A DNA stretch of 64,000 nucleotides from Campylobacteraceae bacterium. GTDB taxonomy: Bacteria; Campylobacterota; Campylobacteria; Campylobacterales; Arcobacteraceae. Positions 39,243-48,474 of the stretch are shown piece by piece. The number at the start of each line of letters is the position of its first letter. Position 1 is the stretch's first letter. The DNA is taken from assembly GCA_013373175.1 (NCBI GenBank), contig JABXII010000023.1, forward strand, positions 9,945-73,944. Reading direction: 5' to 3'. Made by a program: the position numbers and the translations under genes. Below the pieces are notes generated by a model. It did not search any database. It saw only the letters and a list, made by a program, of their open reading frames with translations, and was not told the origin of the DNA.

Positions 39243-40538
39243 TTACTTCTTACTCTCAAAGTGTTTATAAAAGTAGTCCTCAACAACTCTTTTTTTAGCC
39301 CTAGTTGTATAAAGTTGTCCTTTTTTTAAGTCACTTGTAACTGTACTTCCTGCACCAATAAGAACATCATCTTCAACAGTTATTGGAGCTACAAATTGAG
39401 TATCACTTCCTACAAATACATTTTTACCTATAATTGTTTTATACTTATTGATTCCATCATAATTACAAGTGATTGTTCCACAACCAATGTTTGTACCTTC
39501 ATCAATTTCACAATCCCCAAGGTATGTTAAGTGTCCTGCTTTTACACCATTTAATTTAGCTTTTTTTGTTTCTACAAAATTTCCAATATGAGTTTTATCA
39601 AGTTCACTACCTGGTCTAATCCTTGCCATTGGTCCTGCATCTGAATCAACTAAAATAGAGTCTTCTATTACTGTATTTGTCTTAATATGAGAGTTTATAA
39701 TTTTAGAGTTTCCTAAAAGTGTTACCCCATTTTCTAAAATAGATTCACCTTCAATTTCAACACCCTCTTCTATATAAATAGTATCTGGTAATCTCATAAT
39801 TACACCCTCACTCATAAAGGCTTTTTTGATTCTATTTTGGTGAATTACTTCTGCTTGGGCTAGTTCTACTTTTGAGTTTACACCTTTAAAGTTTTCTTCG
39901 CTTACTATAATTGGTTTTAAAACCTTTTTCTGCAAGATTGCCATTTCTATTAAATCGGTTATATAGTATTCTTTTTGGGCATTATCATTTGAAAGTTTTG
40001 GTAGATTTTCTAGTAAAAATTTTGTATCAAATTGATAGATTCCTGCATTTGCAGTTGTTATTTGAAGTTCTTCTTCTGTTGCATCTTTTTGTTCAACTAT
40101 TTTTTGAACACTATCATTTTCTATTACAACTCTTCCATATCCAGAAGCATCGTCTAATTGAAGTACTGACATTACAATGGTTGCATTTATATTAAACTTC
40201 TCTAATTCGCTAGCTTGAATTAAAGGCATGTCTGCATTTAAAACTAGTGTTTTTTCGTACTTAGGAGTTATATTCATAACTGCCCCACCTGTACCTGGAT
40301 AATTTTCATGGTCTTGAATTACAAAATTAATATTTGAAAAATATTTTTCCATTTCTTCTTGCACAAGTTTTGCTTGATGATAAATAACAACGGTTACATC
40401 ATCACTGATTTTTAAAGCCTCTTTTATAGAATAATATAACATTGATTTACCAGAGATTTTATGTAAAACCTTAGGTGTAGTTGACTTCATTCTAGTTCCT
40501 GCACCTGCTGCTAAAATTATAATTGATTTACTTGACAT
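39243..40538 (-). CDS. glmU: Bifunctional UDP-GlcNAc pyrophosphorylase/glucosamine-1-P acetyltransferase
   Basis: LAAGAGTRMKS, GTGGA, EYYITD, GNFVETK, HLTYLGD, NIGCGTITCNYDG. Confidence 0.98.
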   Translation of the reverse strand: MSSKSIIILAAGAGTRMKSTTPKVLHKISGKSMLYYSIKEALKISDDVTVVIYHQAKLVQEEMEKYFSNINFVIQDHENYPGTGGAVMNITPKYEKTLVLNADMPLIQASELEKFNINATIVMSVLQLDDASGYGRVVIENDSVQKIVEQKDATEEELQITTANAGIYQFDTKFLLENLPKLSNDNAQKEYYITDLIEMAILQKKVLKPIIVSEENFKGVNSKVELAQAEVIHQNRIKKAFMSEGVIMRLPDTIYIEEGVEIEGESILENGVTLLGNSKIINSHIKTNTVIEDSILVDSDAGPMARIRPGSELDKTHIGNFVETKKAKLNGVKAGHLTYLGDCEIDEGTNIGCGTITCNYDGINKYKTIIGKNVFVGSDTQFVAPITVEDDVLIGAGSTVTSDLKKGQLYTTRAKKRVVEDYFYKHFESKK

Positions 40539-40544
40539 TTGTTA

Positions 40545-42485
40545 TTATCCCTCTAGTGCTTCATTTATTTCTTTTTTCAAATTATCTACAACTTCTTGAA
40601 GAGCTTTTTTCATTTTTTCATCGGATAGATTTGCATTAATTAACTTATCTAAATTTCCTTCTCTCTCTTTAAAAAATTTTGCAACAGATTTACTCTTTTT
40701 TCTATGGTTATACATCAAAATACCAGAAGCAATTAAAACGACAACTAATCTTGTATGTCCTAAAATTGCTGCATAATTAAGAATTGTAAATCCTGCATAA
40801 TCAGCTGCATTTATATCAGCTCCTGCTGAGATTAAAAGTCTTGCAATTTTATAATTACCTTTCCATTGAGTATGATGAAGAGCTGTTCTTCCTTGCTTGT
40901 CTCTAATATCTAGATTACTTTTCTTACTTAATAATTTCTCAACAACTTCTATGTCATCAGCCATTACTGCTTTGTGGAAGATAGTTCTTCCATCTTTGTC
41001 CACAGTATCAATATCCACTCTAAATTTAAGTAAAAAAACTAATCTTTCTAAAAACTGCTCTTTTTCTCTTTGTCTTGTTATTTTAAGACCATTATCTATC
41101 ATATGAGATAGAGGTGTTACCCCTTCATTATCTTCTACATTTAAGTCTGCACCTGCATTAACTATAAGTTTGATAATGTCCAAATTATTTTCATTTACTA
41201 AATCAAAAATAAGTGTTCTTCCATTTACTCGGGGTTGATTTATTTTTGGTTTAAATAGAAGCATTTTCTTTAATAATACGAAATAGTCTTCTGTCTCACT
41301 TAACTCTAAAAATCTTTTTAAAGTAGGTTTTTTATTGTTTCGTGTAATTAGTATTGCTTCACATAAATCATCTATCACTGTTCTTTCTGAATAATCCCTA
41401 TGGTCTATATCTACACCATTTTCTATTAAATGGTCTATCATTTTCATATTTGAAGGACCTTTTAAAACTGCATCAAAAAGAACTGTTCTTCCTTCATTGT
41501 CTTGAGCATTTATATCTGCTCCTGAAGCTAAAAGGAAATTTATAGTGTCATAGTTTTTTCTTTCTACTTCTTTGTATAAAACAGTTTTACCTTGGGAGTC
41601 TGTTCTATTTATTGCAAGACCATTATCAATCAAATAGCCTGTTAACTTTAAGTAGTTTCTTTCTGCATTAACAAATCTATATTTACCCTCTACTTTAATG
41701 TCATCCATTTTTGAGATTGCAAGTATTTTTAAAATTTCATCTAAAAGTGTTTTGTCAGCATGGTCTTTTATATTAAGTTTCACTCCTGCTTCAAGTAAAG
41801 CTTCAATTGTGGAAATAGCCTTTGAACCAAAAACTATAGCATTGAATAAAACATTTTGTCTTTTCTTATCTAATACATTTACATCTATACCATTTGAAAT
41901 TAAATATTTTGTGATTTTATCATTGTCTTTTAATACTGAGTGAAAAAGTACTGTTTGTCCGTTGTTATCAGTGATATTTATATCATCGACATTATTTACA
42001 ACTTCTTTTATAATTTCTAAATTTCCACCTTCAACTGCATCAAAAAGAACAGTTCTTCCATAATGGTCAGTTATTGTAAGGTCAGGCTCATGAGCCATTA
42101 AAATTTTAAATACTTTGTCATTCTCTTCTAAGGCAGCATCTTGAAGTACAGTTCTTCCAGAAGAATTGATATGGTTTACAGAAGAGCCATTGTCAAGTAG
42201 GAATCTTATCATCATTCCATCCATTTTATCAGCAGCTTCACTTAATACTGTTTTTCCATAATTATCTTCAGCATTAATATCGATTCCATTTTTAATTAAA
42301 ATTTTTATTGATTCAATTCTTCTTTTTGCAGCAAGTTCAAATAATAAAGTTCTACCTTTACCATCTTTTTTATTGATATCTACGCCACCATTTATTAAAG
42401 ATTGTATTTTCTTTTCATCAATATAGTTTTTAAGAAGCTCCTTATGGAGGGCTTCTGTATTGTCACCTTTGAACATACCTAACAT
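40545..42485 (-). CDS. Ankyrin-repeat protein (646 aa)
   Basis: More than a dozen GxTxLxxA...G.D.N..D units (e.g. GADINAQDNEGRTVLFDAV). Confidence 0.93.
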   Translation of the reverse strand: MLGMFKGDNTEALHKELLKNYIDEKKIQSLINGGVDINKKDGKGRTLLFELAAKRRIESIKILIKNGIDINAEDNYGKTVLSEAADKMDGMMIRFLLDNGSSVNHINSSGRTVLQDAALEENDKVFKILMAHEPDLTITDHYGRTVLFDAVEGGNLEIIKEVVNNVDDINITDNNGQTVLFHSVLKDNDKITKYLISNGIDVNVLDKKRQNVLFNAIVFGSKAISTIEALLEAGVKLNIKDHADKTLLDEILKILAISKMDDIKVEGKYRFVNAERNYLKLTGYLIDNGLAINRTDSQGKTVLYKEVERKNYDTINFLLASGADINAQDNEGRTVLFDAVLKGPSNMKMIDHLIENGVDIDHRDYSERTVIDDLCEAILITRNNKKPTLKRFLELSETEDYFVLLKKMLLFKPKINQPRVNGRTLIFDLVNENNLDIIKLIVNAGADLNVEDNEGVTPLSHMIDNGLKITRQREKEQFLERLVFLLKFRVDIDTVDKDGRTIFHKAVMADDIEVVEKLLSKKSNLDIRDKQGRTALHHTQWKGNYKIARLLISAGADINAADYAGFTILNYAAILGHTRLVVVLIASGILMYNHRKKSKSVAKFFKEREGNLDKLINANLSDEKMKKALQEVVDNLKKEINEALEG

Positions 42486-42546
42486 ATAAGTTTCCTCAAG
42501 TTTTGCCTTTCACCTAAAGGATTTATTTTACCAAAAAAATGTTTAA

Positions 42547-44106
42547 TTATCTTCGCCTATCTCTTCTTGGATTTCTTCGCGGGTTTTTGTGATTACTATT
42601 ACGTGGATTAAAAAACTTTTTCTTATCATCTCGTTTTTCTACTTTTAGGTTACTTTTCAGTGATTTTTCAATAAAAGAGTTAAAAGAGTTTCTTAAAATT
42701 AAAGCTTTTTCATGATCAACAAAAATATCTGGAAATTTATAAGAAAGCCAAAGATATAAAGAGATTTTTTTAACCTCATCTTCAACAAGTAATAAATCTT
42801 TTTGAGTTATTGCTTTTTTTGGTAAAGTAATAGAAGGTTTATACCTACAGACTCTATTTTTTATAACTGCTACTATATAAGCTTCATAAGCTTGCAAAAT
42901 AATATTTGATTTAGTTGTAATAGGAGCTTGTGCTAATAAATATTTTGCTTCTAAATCTAGGTTTTCTCTTTTGTCAACTATTGTTGAAGCTTCAATTAAA
43001 GATGAAATATTTGAAGCAATAAAAGGACCATCAAACTTCATATTTGTTTTAAAGAATCTTAATATCTTAACTAATGATTTTGTTTTTATATGATTACTTA
43101 GTTCAAGTAATTGTTCCGTTGAAATTTTCACTTTATAAGGAGGTTTTATCGTAGCAATTGGTTGTTCAAACTCCTCTTTAATATAAGATAAAACATCTCT
43201 TCTAGTTGCACCTAAAAAACCTGCATCAAAAAGTTTATATCTTCCTGCACGACCTGCAATTTGAACTATTTCGTTTACAGATATCTTTCTTCTACTTACT
43301 CCATCAAACTTTGTATCAGTAGTAAAAAGTATATTTTTAATTGGAAGATTTAGACCCATTGCAATTGCATCTGTTGCAATTAAAATATCACTTTTTCTTT
43401 CTCTAAACCTTCTTGCTTCATCACGCCTAACTTCAGGAGATAAGTTTCCATAGATAACTGAAACCCTATATTTCTTTTGTAACTTTTGTTTTAGTTTTAA
43501 AACATCCATTCTAGAAAATGCAATAAGTGCAGTTGCTGGTTCTAAATTATCTAAAGAGGTATGTCTAGGCATCACCTTTAAAGGAGTTTTTCTTTGATGC
43601 TTTACTATTTCTAACTCTTCTCCTAAATAAGAAGCTATTTTTTTAACAGCATCTAAAGCATTTACGCTTCCTGTCATAATAACAGTTTTAGCTGGAGCTC
43701 CAATAATAGCATTTACCCATGCCCAACCTCTGTCAATATCATCTAACATCTGTATTTCATCGATTATTGCTACATCTACATCAAGATTAAAATCAAGCAT
43801 CTCAATAGTTGAGCAAACATGAGCTGCATCTTCGTTTATTTGTTGTTCTTCACCTGTGATAAGTGAGTTTTCAATTCCTGCTTCTTTTAACTCTTCATGG
43901 CCTTCTAGGGCAAGTAGTCTTAAAGGAGCTAAATAAAGACCTGAATTAGCCTCTTTTAACTCTTTCATAGCATTATATGTTTTCCCTGAGTTTGTAGGTC
44001 CTACAAAAAACTTTAGTTTTCTATTCATAGATCTTGCAAGGGGGAAAAGCTGTTTTAAATCACACTTTAAAAGTGTTTGTAATTGTTGTTGGAAAGTTTC
44101 TTTCAT
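42547..44106 (-). CDS. SUV3-like SF2 helicase
   Basis: GPTNSGKTY, LAPLRLLA, DEIQM, FSR, YGNLSPEVR, ATDAIAMGLNL, QIAGRAGR. Arg-rich C-terminal tail. Confidence 0.93.
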   Translation of the reverse strand: MKETFQQQLQTLLKCDLKQLFPLARSMNRKLKFFVGPTNSGKTYNAMKELKEANSGLYLAPLRLLALEGHEELKEAGIENSLITGEEQQINEDAAHVCSTIEMLDFNLDVDVAIIDEIQMLDDIDRGWAWVNAIIGAPAKTVIMTGSVNALDAVKKIASYLGEELEIVKHQRKTPLKVMPRHTSLDNLEPATALIAFSRMDVLKLKQKLQKKYRVSVIYGNLSPEVRRDEARRFRERKSDILIATDAIAMGLNLPIKNILFTTDTKFDGVSRRKISVNEIVQIAGRAGRYKLFDAGFLGATRRDVLSYIKEEFEQPIATIKPPYKVKISTEQLLELSNHIKTKSLVKILRFFKTNMKFDGPFIASNISSLIEASTIVDKRENLDLEAKYLLAQAPITTKSNIILQAYEAYIVAVIKNRVCRYKPSITLPKKAITQKDLLLVEDEVKKISLYLWLSYKFPDIFVDHEKALILRNSFNSFIEKSLKSNLKVEKRDDKKKFFNPRNSNHKNPRRNPRRDRRR

Positions 44107-44191
44107 GGGCGTATTATAGTAAATAGAATATAATATCAGATTAAAAAAATAAAATAGTATAAATTAAATTTAAAAATAGGTAGAACAAAAA

Positions 44192-45313
44192 ATGAATTGT
44201 GAATATTTTGGAAAATGTGGAAGCTGTACTCTATATGAAAAAACATATGAAGAACAACTAGATTATAAAGTTCAAAGAGAGAAGCAAAGATTTGCACAAT
44301 TTGATATTCCAGATATTGATATTATAAAGAGTGAAGAACAAAATTTCCGTACAAGAGCAGAGTTTAGAATCTGGAAAAACTTTGATAATGAAAATAATCC
44401 TACTATTTCTTATGCTATGAATGACTTTGATAAAAATGCATTAGAAATTGAGTCTTGTCAAATTGTTTCAAAAGATATTGCCTGTTTAATGCCTAAACTT
44501 TTAGAAAAAATACAAAATGATGAAGAGTTAAAATTTAAACTTTTTGCCTGTGAATTTTTAAATTCAACTACAAATGATATGCTTGTAACTTTAATCTATC
44601 ATAGAAAACTTGAAGAAAAATGGATAACAAAAGCCAAAGCACTAGAAAAAGAGTTTGGAGTTAAAATTATTGGAAGAAGTAGAAAACAAAAAGAGATATT
44701 AAGTGAAGACTTTATTGAAGAGACGTTAGAAATAGAAAATAAGAAATTCCACTTCCAATACAAAGAAGGTGGTTTTACTCAACCAAATACAAAAGTAAAT
44801 ATTAAAATGATTGAGTGGGTTTTAGGACAACTTGAAACTTCTTCTAAAGACCTTTGTGAATTATACTGTGGAGGTGGAAACTTCACAATTCCTTTAAGCC
44901 AAAAGTTTAATAAAGTCCTTGCAACTGAGATTTCAAAAACCTCTATAAAATCAGCCCTTACTAACTGTTCTTTAAACAATATCTCAAATATTGATTTTAT
45001 CCGTATGAGTGCTGAGGAGTTTGTTGAAGCTTTAGAAGAAAAAAGAGAGTTTAATAGACTTAAAAATATTGATTTAAAAGCATATGACTTTGAAACAATA
45101 TTTGTTGACCCTCCAAGAGCTGGACTTGATGATACAACAAGAGCCTTAAGTAAAGAGTTTGATACTATTATTTATATTTCATGTAACCCCCAAACACTAC
45201 ATAGGGATTTGGAAGAATTAACTAAAACTCACAAGATAATTAATTTTGCACTCTTTGATCAGTTTTCATATACTGAACATATAGAGAGTGGCGTTGTTTT
45301 AAAGAGGCTTTAA
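44192..45313 (+). CDS. trmA: tRNA (uridine(54)-C5)-methyltransferase
   Basis: FRTRAEFRIW, FTQPN, ELYCGGGNF, VDPPRAG, YISCNP, FDQFSYTEHIESG. Confidence 0.95.
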   Translation: MNCEYFGKCGSCTLYEKTYEEQLDYKVQREKQRFAQFDIPDIDIIKSEEQNFRTRAEFRIWKNFDNENNPTISYAMNDFDKNALEIESCQIVSKDIACLMPKLLEKIQNDEELKFKLFACEFLNSTTNDMLVTLIYHRKLEEKWITKAKALEKEFGVKIIGRSRKQKEILSEDFIEETLEIENKKFHFQYKEGGFTQPNTKVNIKMIEWVLGQLETSSKDLCELYCGGGNFTIPLSQKFNKVLATEISKTSIKSALTNCSLNNISNIDFIRMSAEEFVEALEEKREFNRLKNIDLKAYDFETIFVDPPRAGLDDTTRALSKEFDTIIYISCNPQTLHRDLEELTKTHKIINFALFDQFSYTEHIESGVVLKRL

Positions 45314-45336
45314 AATGTCAAAGGATAGAATATTAT

Positions 45337-45540
45337 ATGGAAAATAACTCAATCCCAAAAGATATTATCAAAATTCAAAAAAAGCTTTGTAGTTTTGAAA
45401 AAGGTTCAAGGAACTATATAAAATATACAAAGATACTTAACAAGCATCTAAAGAAGCATGCAATGAAAAAAAGGGTTCTTAGTAATATAAAAACTATTGA
45501 AGCCATAAAAAAAATAGAAAAAAAGTCAAAAAGTAGTTAA
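45337..45540 (+). CDS. Small basic hypothetical protein
   Basis: AAGGA SD, 67 aa, very Lys-rich. Confidence 0.65.
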   Translation: MENNSIPKDIIKIQKKLCSFEKGSRNYIKYTKILNKHLKKHAMKKRVLSNIKTIEAIKKIEKKSKSS

Positions 45541-45564
45541 ATTTAATCTAATTTTAAGAATTGG

Positions 45565-45703
45565 TATGTGATAATTTCACATAAGTTATATAGGGATCAA
45601 TGGATTCCAAAGGACTAAATCCTATGCTTGGGCATTGCACAAGAATGTATTTAAGGCTGTAAAATACTTATTTTACAATGTGTCATAATTAAAAGGATTT
45701 ATT
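45565..45703 (+). promoter_or_regulatory. Flagellin promoter/leader: TGTGA-N5-TCACA palindrome, four ANGGA motifs, 20-bp palindrome
   Basis: TATGTGA-TAATT-TCACATA (45565-45583). AGGGA 45592, ATGGA 45600, AAGGA 45610, AAGGA 45693 (SD). TGTAAAATA-CT-TATTTTACA near 45658-45677. Confidence 0.6.
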
Positions 45704-48310
45704 ATGAGAATTAATACTAACGTATCATCTATTACTGCACAAGAATCAGCAGTTAATACTGGTAAAAACATCAAAAACTCATTAGAGAAATTATCTTCAG
45801 GTCTTAGAATCAACAAAGCGTCAGATGATGCATCTGGTCTAGCAATTGCTGATAAATTAAGAACTCAAGCAACTTCTATTAATCAAGGTGTTTCAAATGG
45901 TAATTCAGCAGTTACATTACTTCAAATTGCTGATAAATCAATGGCTGAGCAATCAAATATTCTTGATACTATAAAATCTAAACTTATCCAAGCTAATACT
46001 GATACTACATCACCAGATGGTAGAGAATCTATTAGAAAAGATATTGTTAAACTTTTAGAGCAACTAGATAATATTGCTGAACAAACTAACTATAATGGTA
46101 ATGTATTACTTCAAGCTGCAGCTGATGACAAAGGTGAGTCAAGCTCATTATCTTTCCAAATTGGGGAATCAAATGCAGACATTATCAAAAATACTTCAGT
46201 ACAATCAAATACTGATGGATTAGGTTCAAAAACAGTTTATTCTCAAAAAAATGATAATAATACTATTGCTGCTACTGAATCAAAAACAGTAGCAAGTACT
46301 GGAACTATTTCTTTAACAGCAACAAATTCTTCTGATGAAAATACAGCAGAATCTATTTCTTTATCGGGAGATGTAGACTCTATTGCATTAAAAGAAGGAA
46401 TGACTATTTCAGGAATGGATTCTGCAACTCAAAGTGCTTTATTAGCTCATTTAACTACAGAAGGTACTAGTTATACTCAAAGTGGTAATACATTTACTAT
46501 AAATGAAGATACAACTTTAGATTTATCTTCAGTTGATTCTGTTACTGCAACTATCGTTACTACTGCTGAAAGTTCAAGTAGTTTTTCACCATCTGAAGGT
46601 GATATTGTTACTGCTTCAACTACAAATACAGGAAGTGCTTTAGCTACTGCTTTAACTGATGGTAGTAAATTTGTAGATAATTTAGATGGTACTTATACTG
46701 CAAAAGCAGGTGTAGGTTCACTTACACTTGAAGCTGGTGAATCTGTTGATTATAGTCAAGCAACTTTAGATAATACATTTACTACAGGTGATGTACTATC
46801 AGCTGTTACTACAAAAGCTGGAAGTGCTTTAGCAAATGCATTAGGAGATCCGGCTAAATTTAATGATAATGGTGATGGTACTTATACTGCATTAGCAGGG
46901 GCTGGTACTGTTTCTGTAGGTTTAGGAGAGAGCTTTACTGTAGATACTCCTACTAACTTAGCTGCAGATGTTGGAGATATAATTGATGTTAGTGGAACTG
47001 CTCCTAATGGAGGTAGTGCTCTTGAAACTGCATTAAATGATCCTTCTAAATTTGAAGATTTAGGTGGTAACAAATACAAATCTCTTCAAAATGGTCAAAG
47101 TATTGCTTTAGAATCTGGGGAATCTGTTGAGAAACTTGATGCAAAAACAGTTGGTATTGGTGCTTCATCAATCCCTGCAGGTTCAGTTGTTACATTAAAC
47201 TCTACTTTTGGTGGTGGAGCAACAGGTAGTACAGGTACTGACTTAGATAATCAATTATCAAATGCTTCTAAATTTACTGATAATGGTGATGGTACATTTA
47301 CTGTACTTGCAGACTTTACTGCTGACAACTTAAAATTAGTTGATGGAGAAAGTATTACAGTAACTTTAGCTGAAGAAGTTGGATTAACTGGAGCATCTGA
47401 TGCTGCTATGATTAATGATGCAAATGTTCAATTAAATGGTAGTGCAGCTGATTATGATTCTACTAATGGTAAAGTTGTAGGAGAAGGTTCAGCAGATGGT
47501 TCAGACCCACTAGTTGCATCTACTGTAGTTGATTTAGAATTCACTGTAACTGCACAAAGTGATGGAGATACATTTGAGTTCAAAGCTGGTGATACAGTTT
47601 CTTCGATTGCTGAAACATCAACTAATGGTAATGGATTAAGTGAATCAATTATTGAAAGTGGAAACTGGATTGACAATGGTGACGGTACTTATACAGCAAT
47701 TGCGGATCAAACTGTAACATTTGATGATGCAAATGATAGTTTAGGTGTTACTAGACAAGTAGGAAGTTCAGCAACACCAGTAACGCATACAGGTGATGCA
47801 GCTACAACTGTTGAAAGAGTAGCAAGTACTATAACAGGTACTTCAGCTACAGGTAATGTAACACCAAGTGAAGCAGTATCAGTTGATATCACTACAGATT
47901 CTACAGTTAATGTTACTAATAATGGTGGAGCAACAGACACTCTTACTATTACTGGTACTGAAGAAGTTTCAAATGGTGGAACTCAATTATCAGCATTAGC
48001 AGAACTTGCAAGTGGAACATTAACAGCAGCTAAAGCTTCTGAATTCCAAGCAGTAGTTGATGATGCTATTACTGACCTGAATGGATATAGAGGGGACATC
48101 GGTTCGACTCAAAACCAAGTTGAATCTGCCGTTAGAAACTTAATGACACAAGCAACAAACGTTAAAGCTGCTGAGTCTATTATTAGAGATGTTGATTATG
48201 CAAAAGAATCTGCAAACTTCAACAAACAAAATATTATTTCACAAGCTGGTTCATATGCTATTTCACAAGCAAATGCAACTCAACAAAATGTATTAAGATT
48301 ATTACAATAA
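45704..48310 (+). CDS. flaA: Flagellin, unusually large (868 aa) with repetitive central domains
   Basis: N-terminus MRINTN...LSSGLRINKASDDASGLAIA. C-terminus YRGDIGSTQNQ...IRDVDYAKES...VLRLLQ. Roughly 600-aa S/T/G/D-rich insert. Confidence 0.97.
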   Translation: MRINTNVSSITAQESAVNTGKNIKNSLEKLSSGLRINKASDDASGLAIADKLRTQATSINQGVSNGNSAVTLLQIADKSMAEQSNILDTIKSKLIQANTDTTSPDGRESIRKDIVKLLEQLDNIAEQTNYNGNVLLQAAADDKGESSSLSFQIGESNADIIKNTSVQSNTDGLGSKTVYSQKNDNNTIAATESKTVASTGTISLTATNSSDENTAESISLSGDVDSIALKEGMTISGMDSATQSALLAHLTTEGTSYTQSGNTFTINEDTTLDLSSVDSVTATIVTTAESSSSFSPSEGDIVTASTTNTGSALATALTDGSKFVDNLDGTYTAKAGVGSLTLEAGESVDYSQATLDNTFTTGDVLSAVTTKAGSALANALGDPAKFNDNGDGTYTALAGAGTVSVGLGESFTVDTPTNLAADVGDIIDVSGTAPNGGSALETALNDPSKFEDLGGNKYKSLQNGQSIALESGESVEKLDAKTVGIGASSIPAGSVVTLNSTFGGGATGSTGTDLDNQLSNASKFTDNGDGTFTVLADFTADNLKLVDGESITVTLAEEVGLTGASDAAMINDANVQLNGSAADYDSTNGKVVGEGSADGSDPLVASTVVDLEFTVTAQSDGDTFEFKAGDTVSSIAETSTNGNGLSESIIESGNWIDNGDGTYTAIADQTVTFDDANDSLGVTRQVGSSATPVTHTGDAATTVERVASTITGTSATGNVTPSEAVSVDITTDSTVNVTNNGGATDTLTITGTEEVSNGGTQLSALAELASGTLTAAKASEFQAVVDDAITDLNGYRGDIGSTQNQVESAVRNLMTQATNVKAAESIIRDVDYAKESANFNKQNIISQAGSYAISQANATQQNVLRLLQ
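46631..47698 (+). repeat. About five copies of a ~63-aa module inside flagellin
   Basis: GSAL..AL.D.SKF.DNxDGTYTA units starting at 46631, 46820, 47012, 47234 and 47627 (spacings 189, 192, 222, 393 nt). Confidence 0.88.
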
Positions 48311-48334
48311 TCTCAATAACTAAAATAATATTTC

Positions 48335-48365
48335 AAAACCCAAGACATATGTCTTGGGTTTTTTT
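48335..48365 (+). terminator. Intrinsic terminator after flagellin
   Basis: Perfect palindrome AAAACCCAAGACATATGTCTTGGGTTTT followed by more T. Confidence 0.92.
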
Positions 48366-48474
48366 ATTTCTACATAAAAATTTAATTACAAAATGCAATA
48401 AAATCTAATACTTTAAAAAAATTGTGCTAAAATTCCAACATATTAAAAAAGACACCAATAATTTAGGAAATAAA

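Noticed and set aside
45965-45988. TLR5-evading flagellin segment (DTIKSKLI in place of QRVRELAV)
   Set aside because: Real, but a known general trait of Campylobacterota flagellins, so not novel.
46631-47698. Flagellin nucleotide repeats as a CRISPR array or VNTR
   Set aside because: In-frame, diverged coding repeats with no constant repeat-spacer structure and no cas genes.
48311-48474. LexA/SOS box before recA, and ORF-track start at 48424
   Set aside because: No convincing palindrome. 48424-48432 is a TGcTAAAAT promoter box, and the SD supports ATG 48475.
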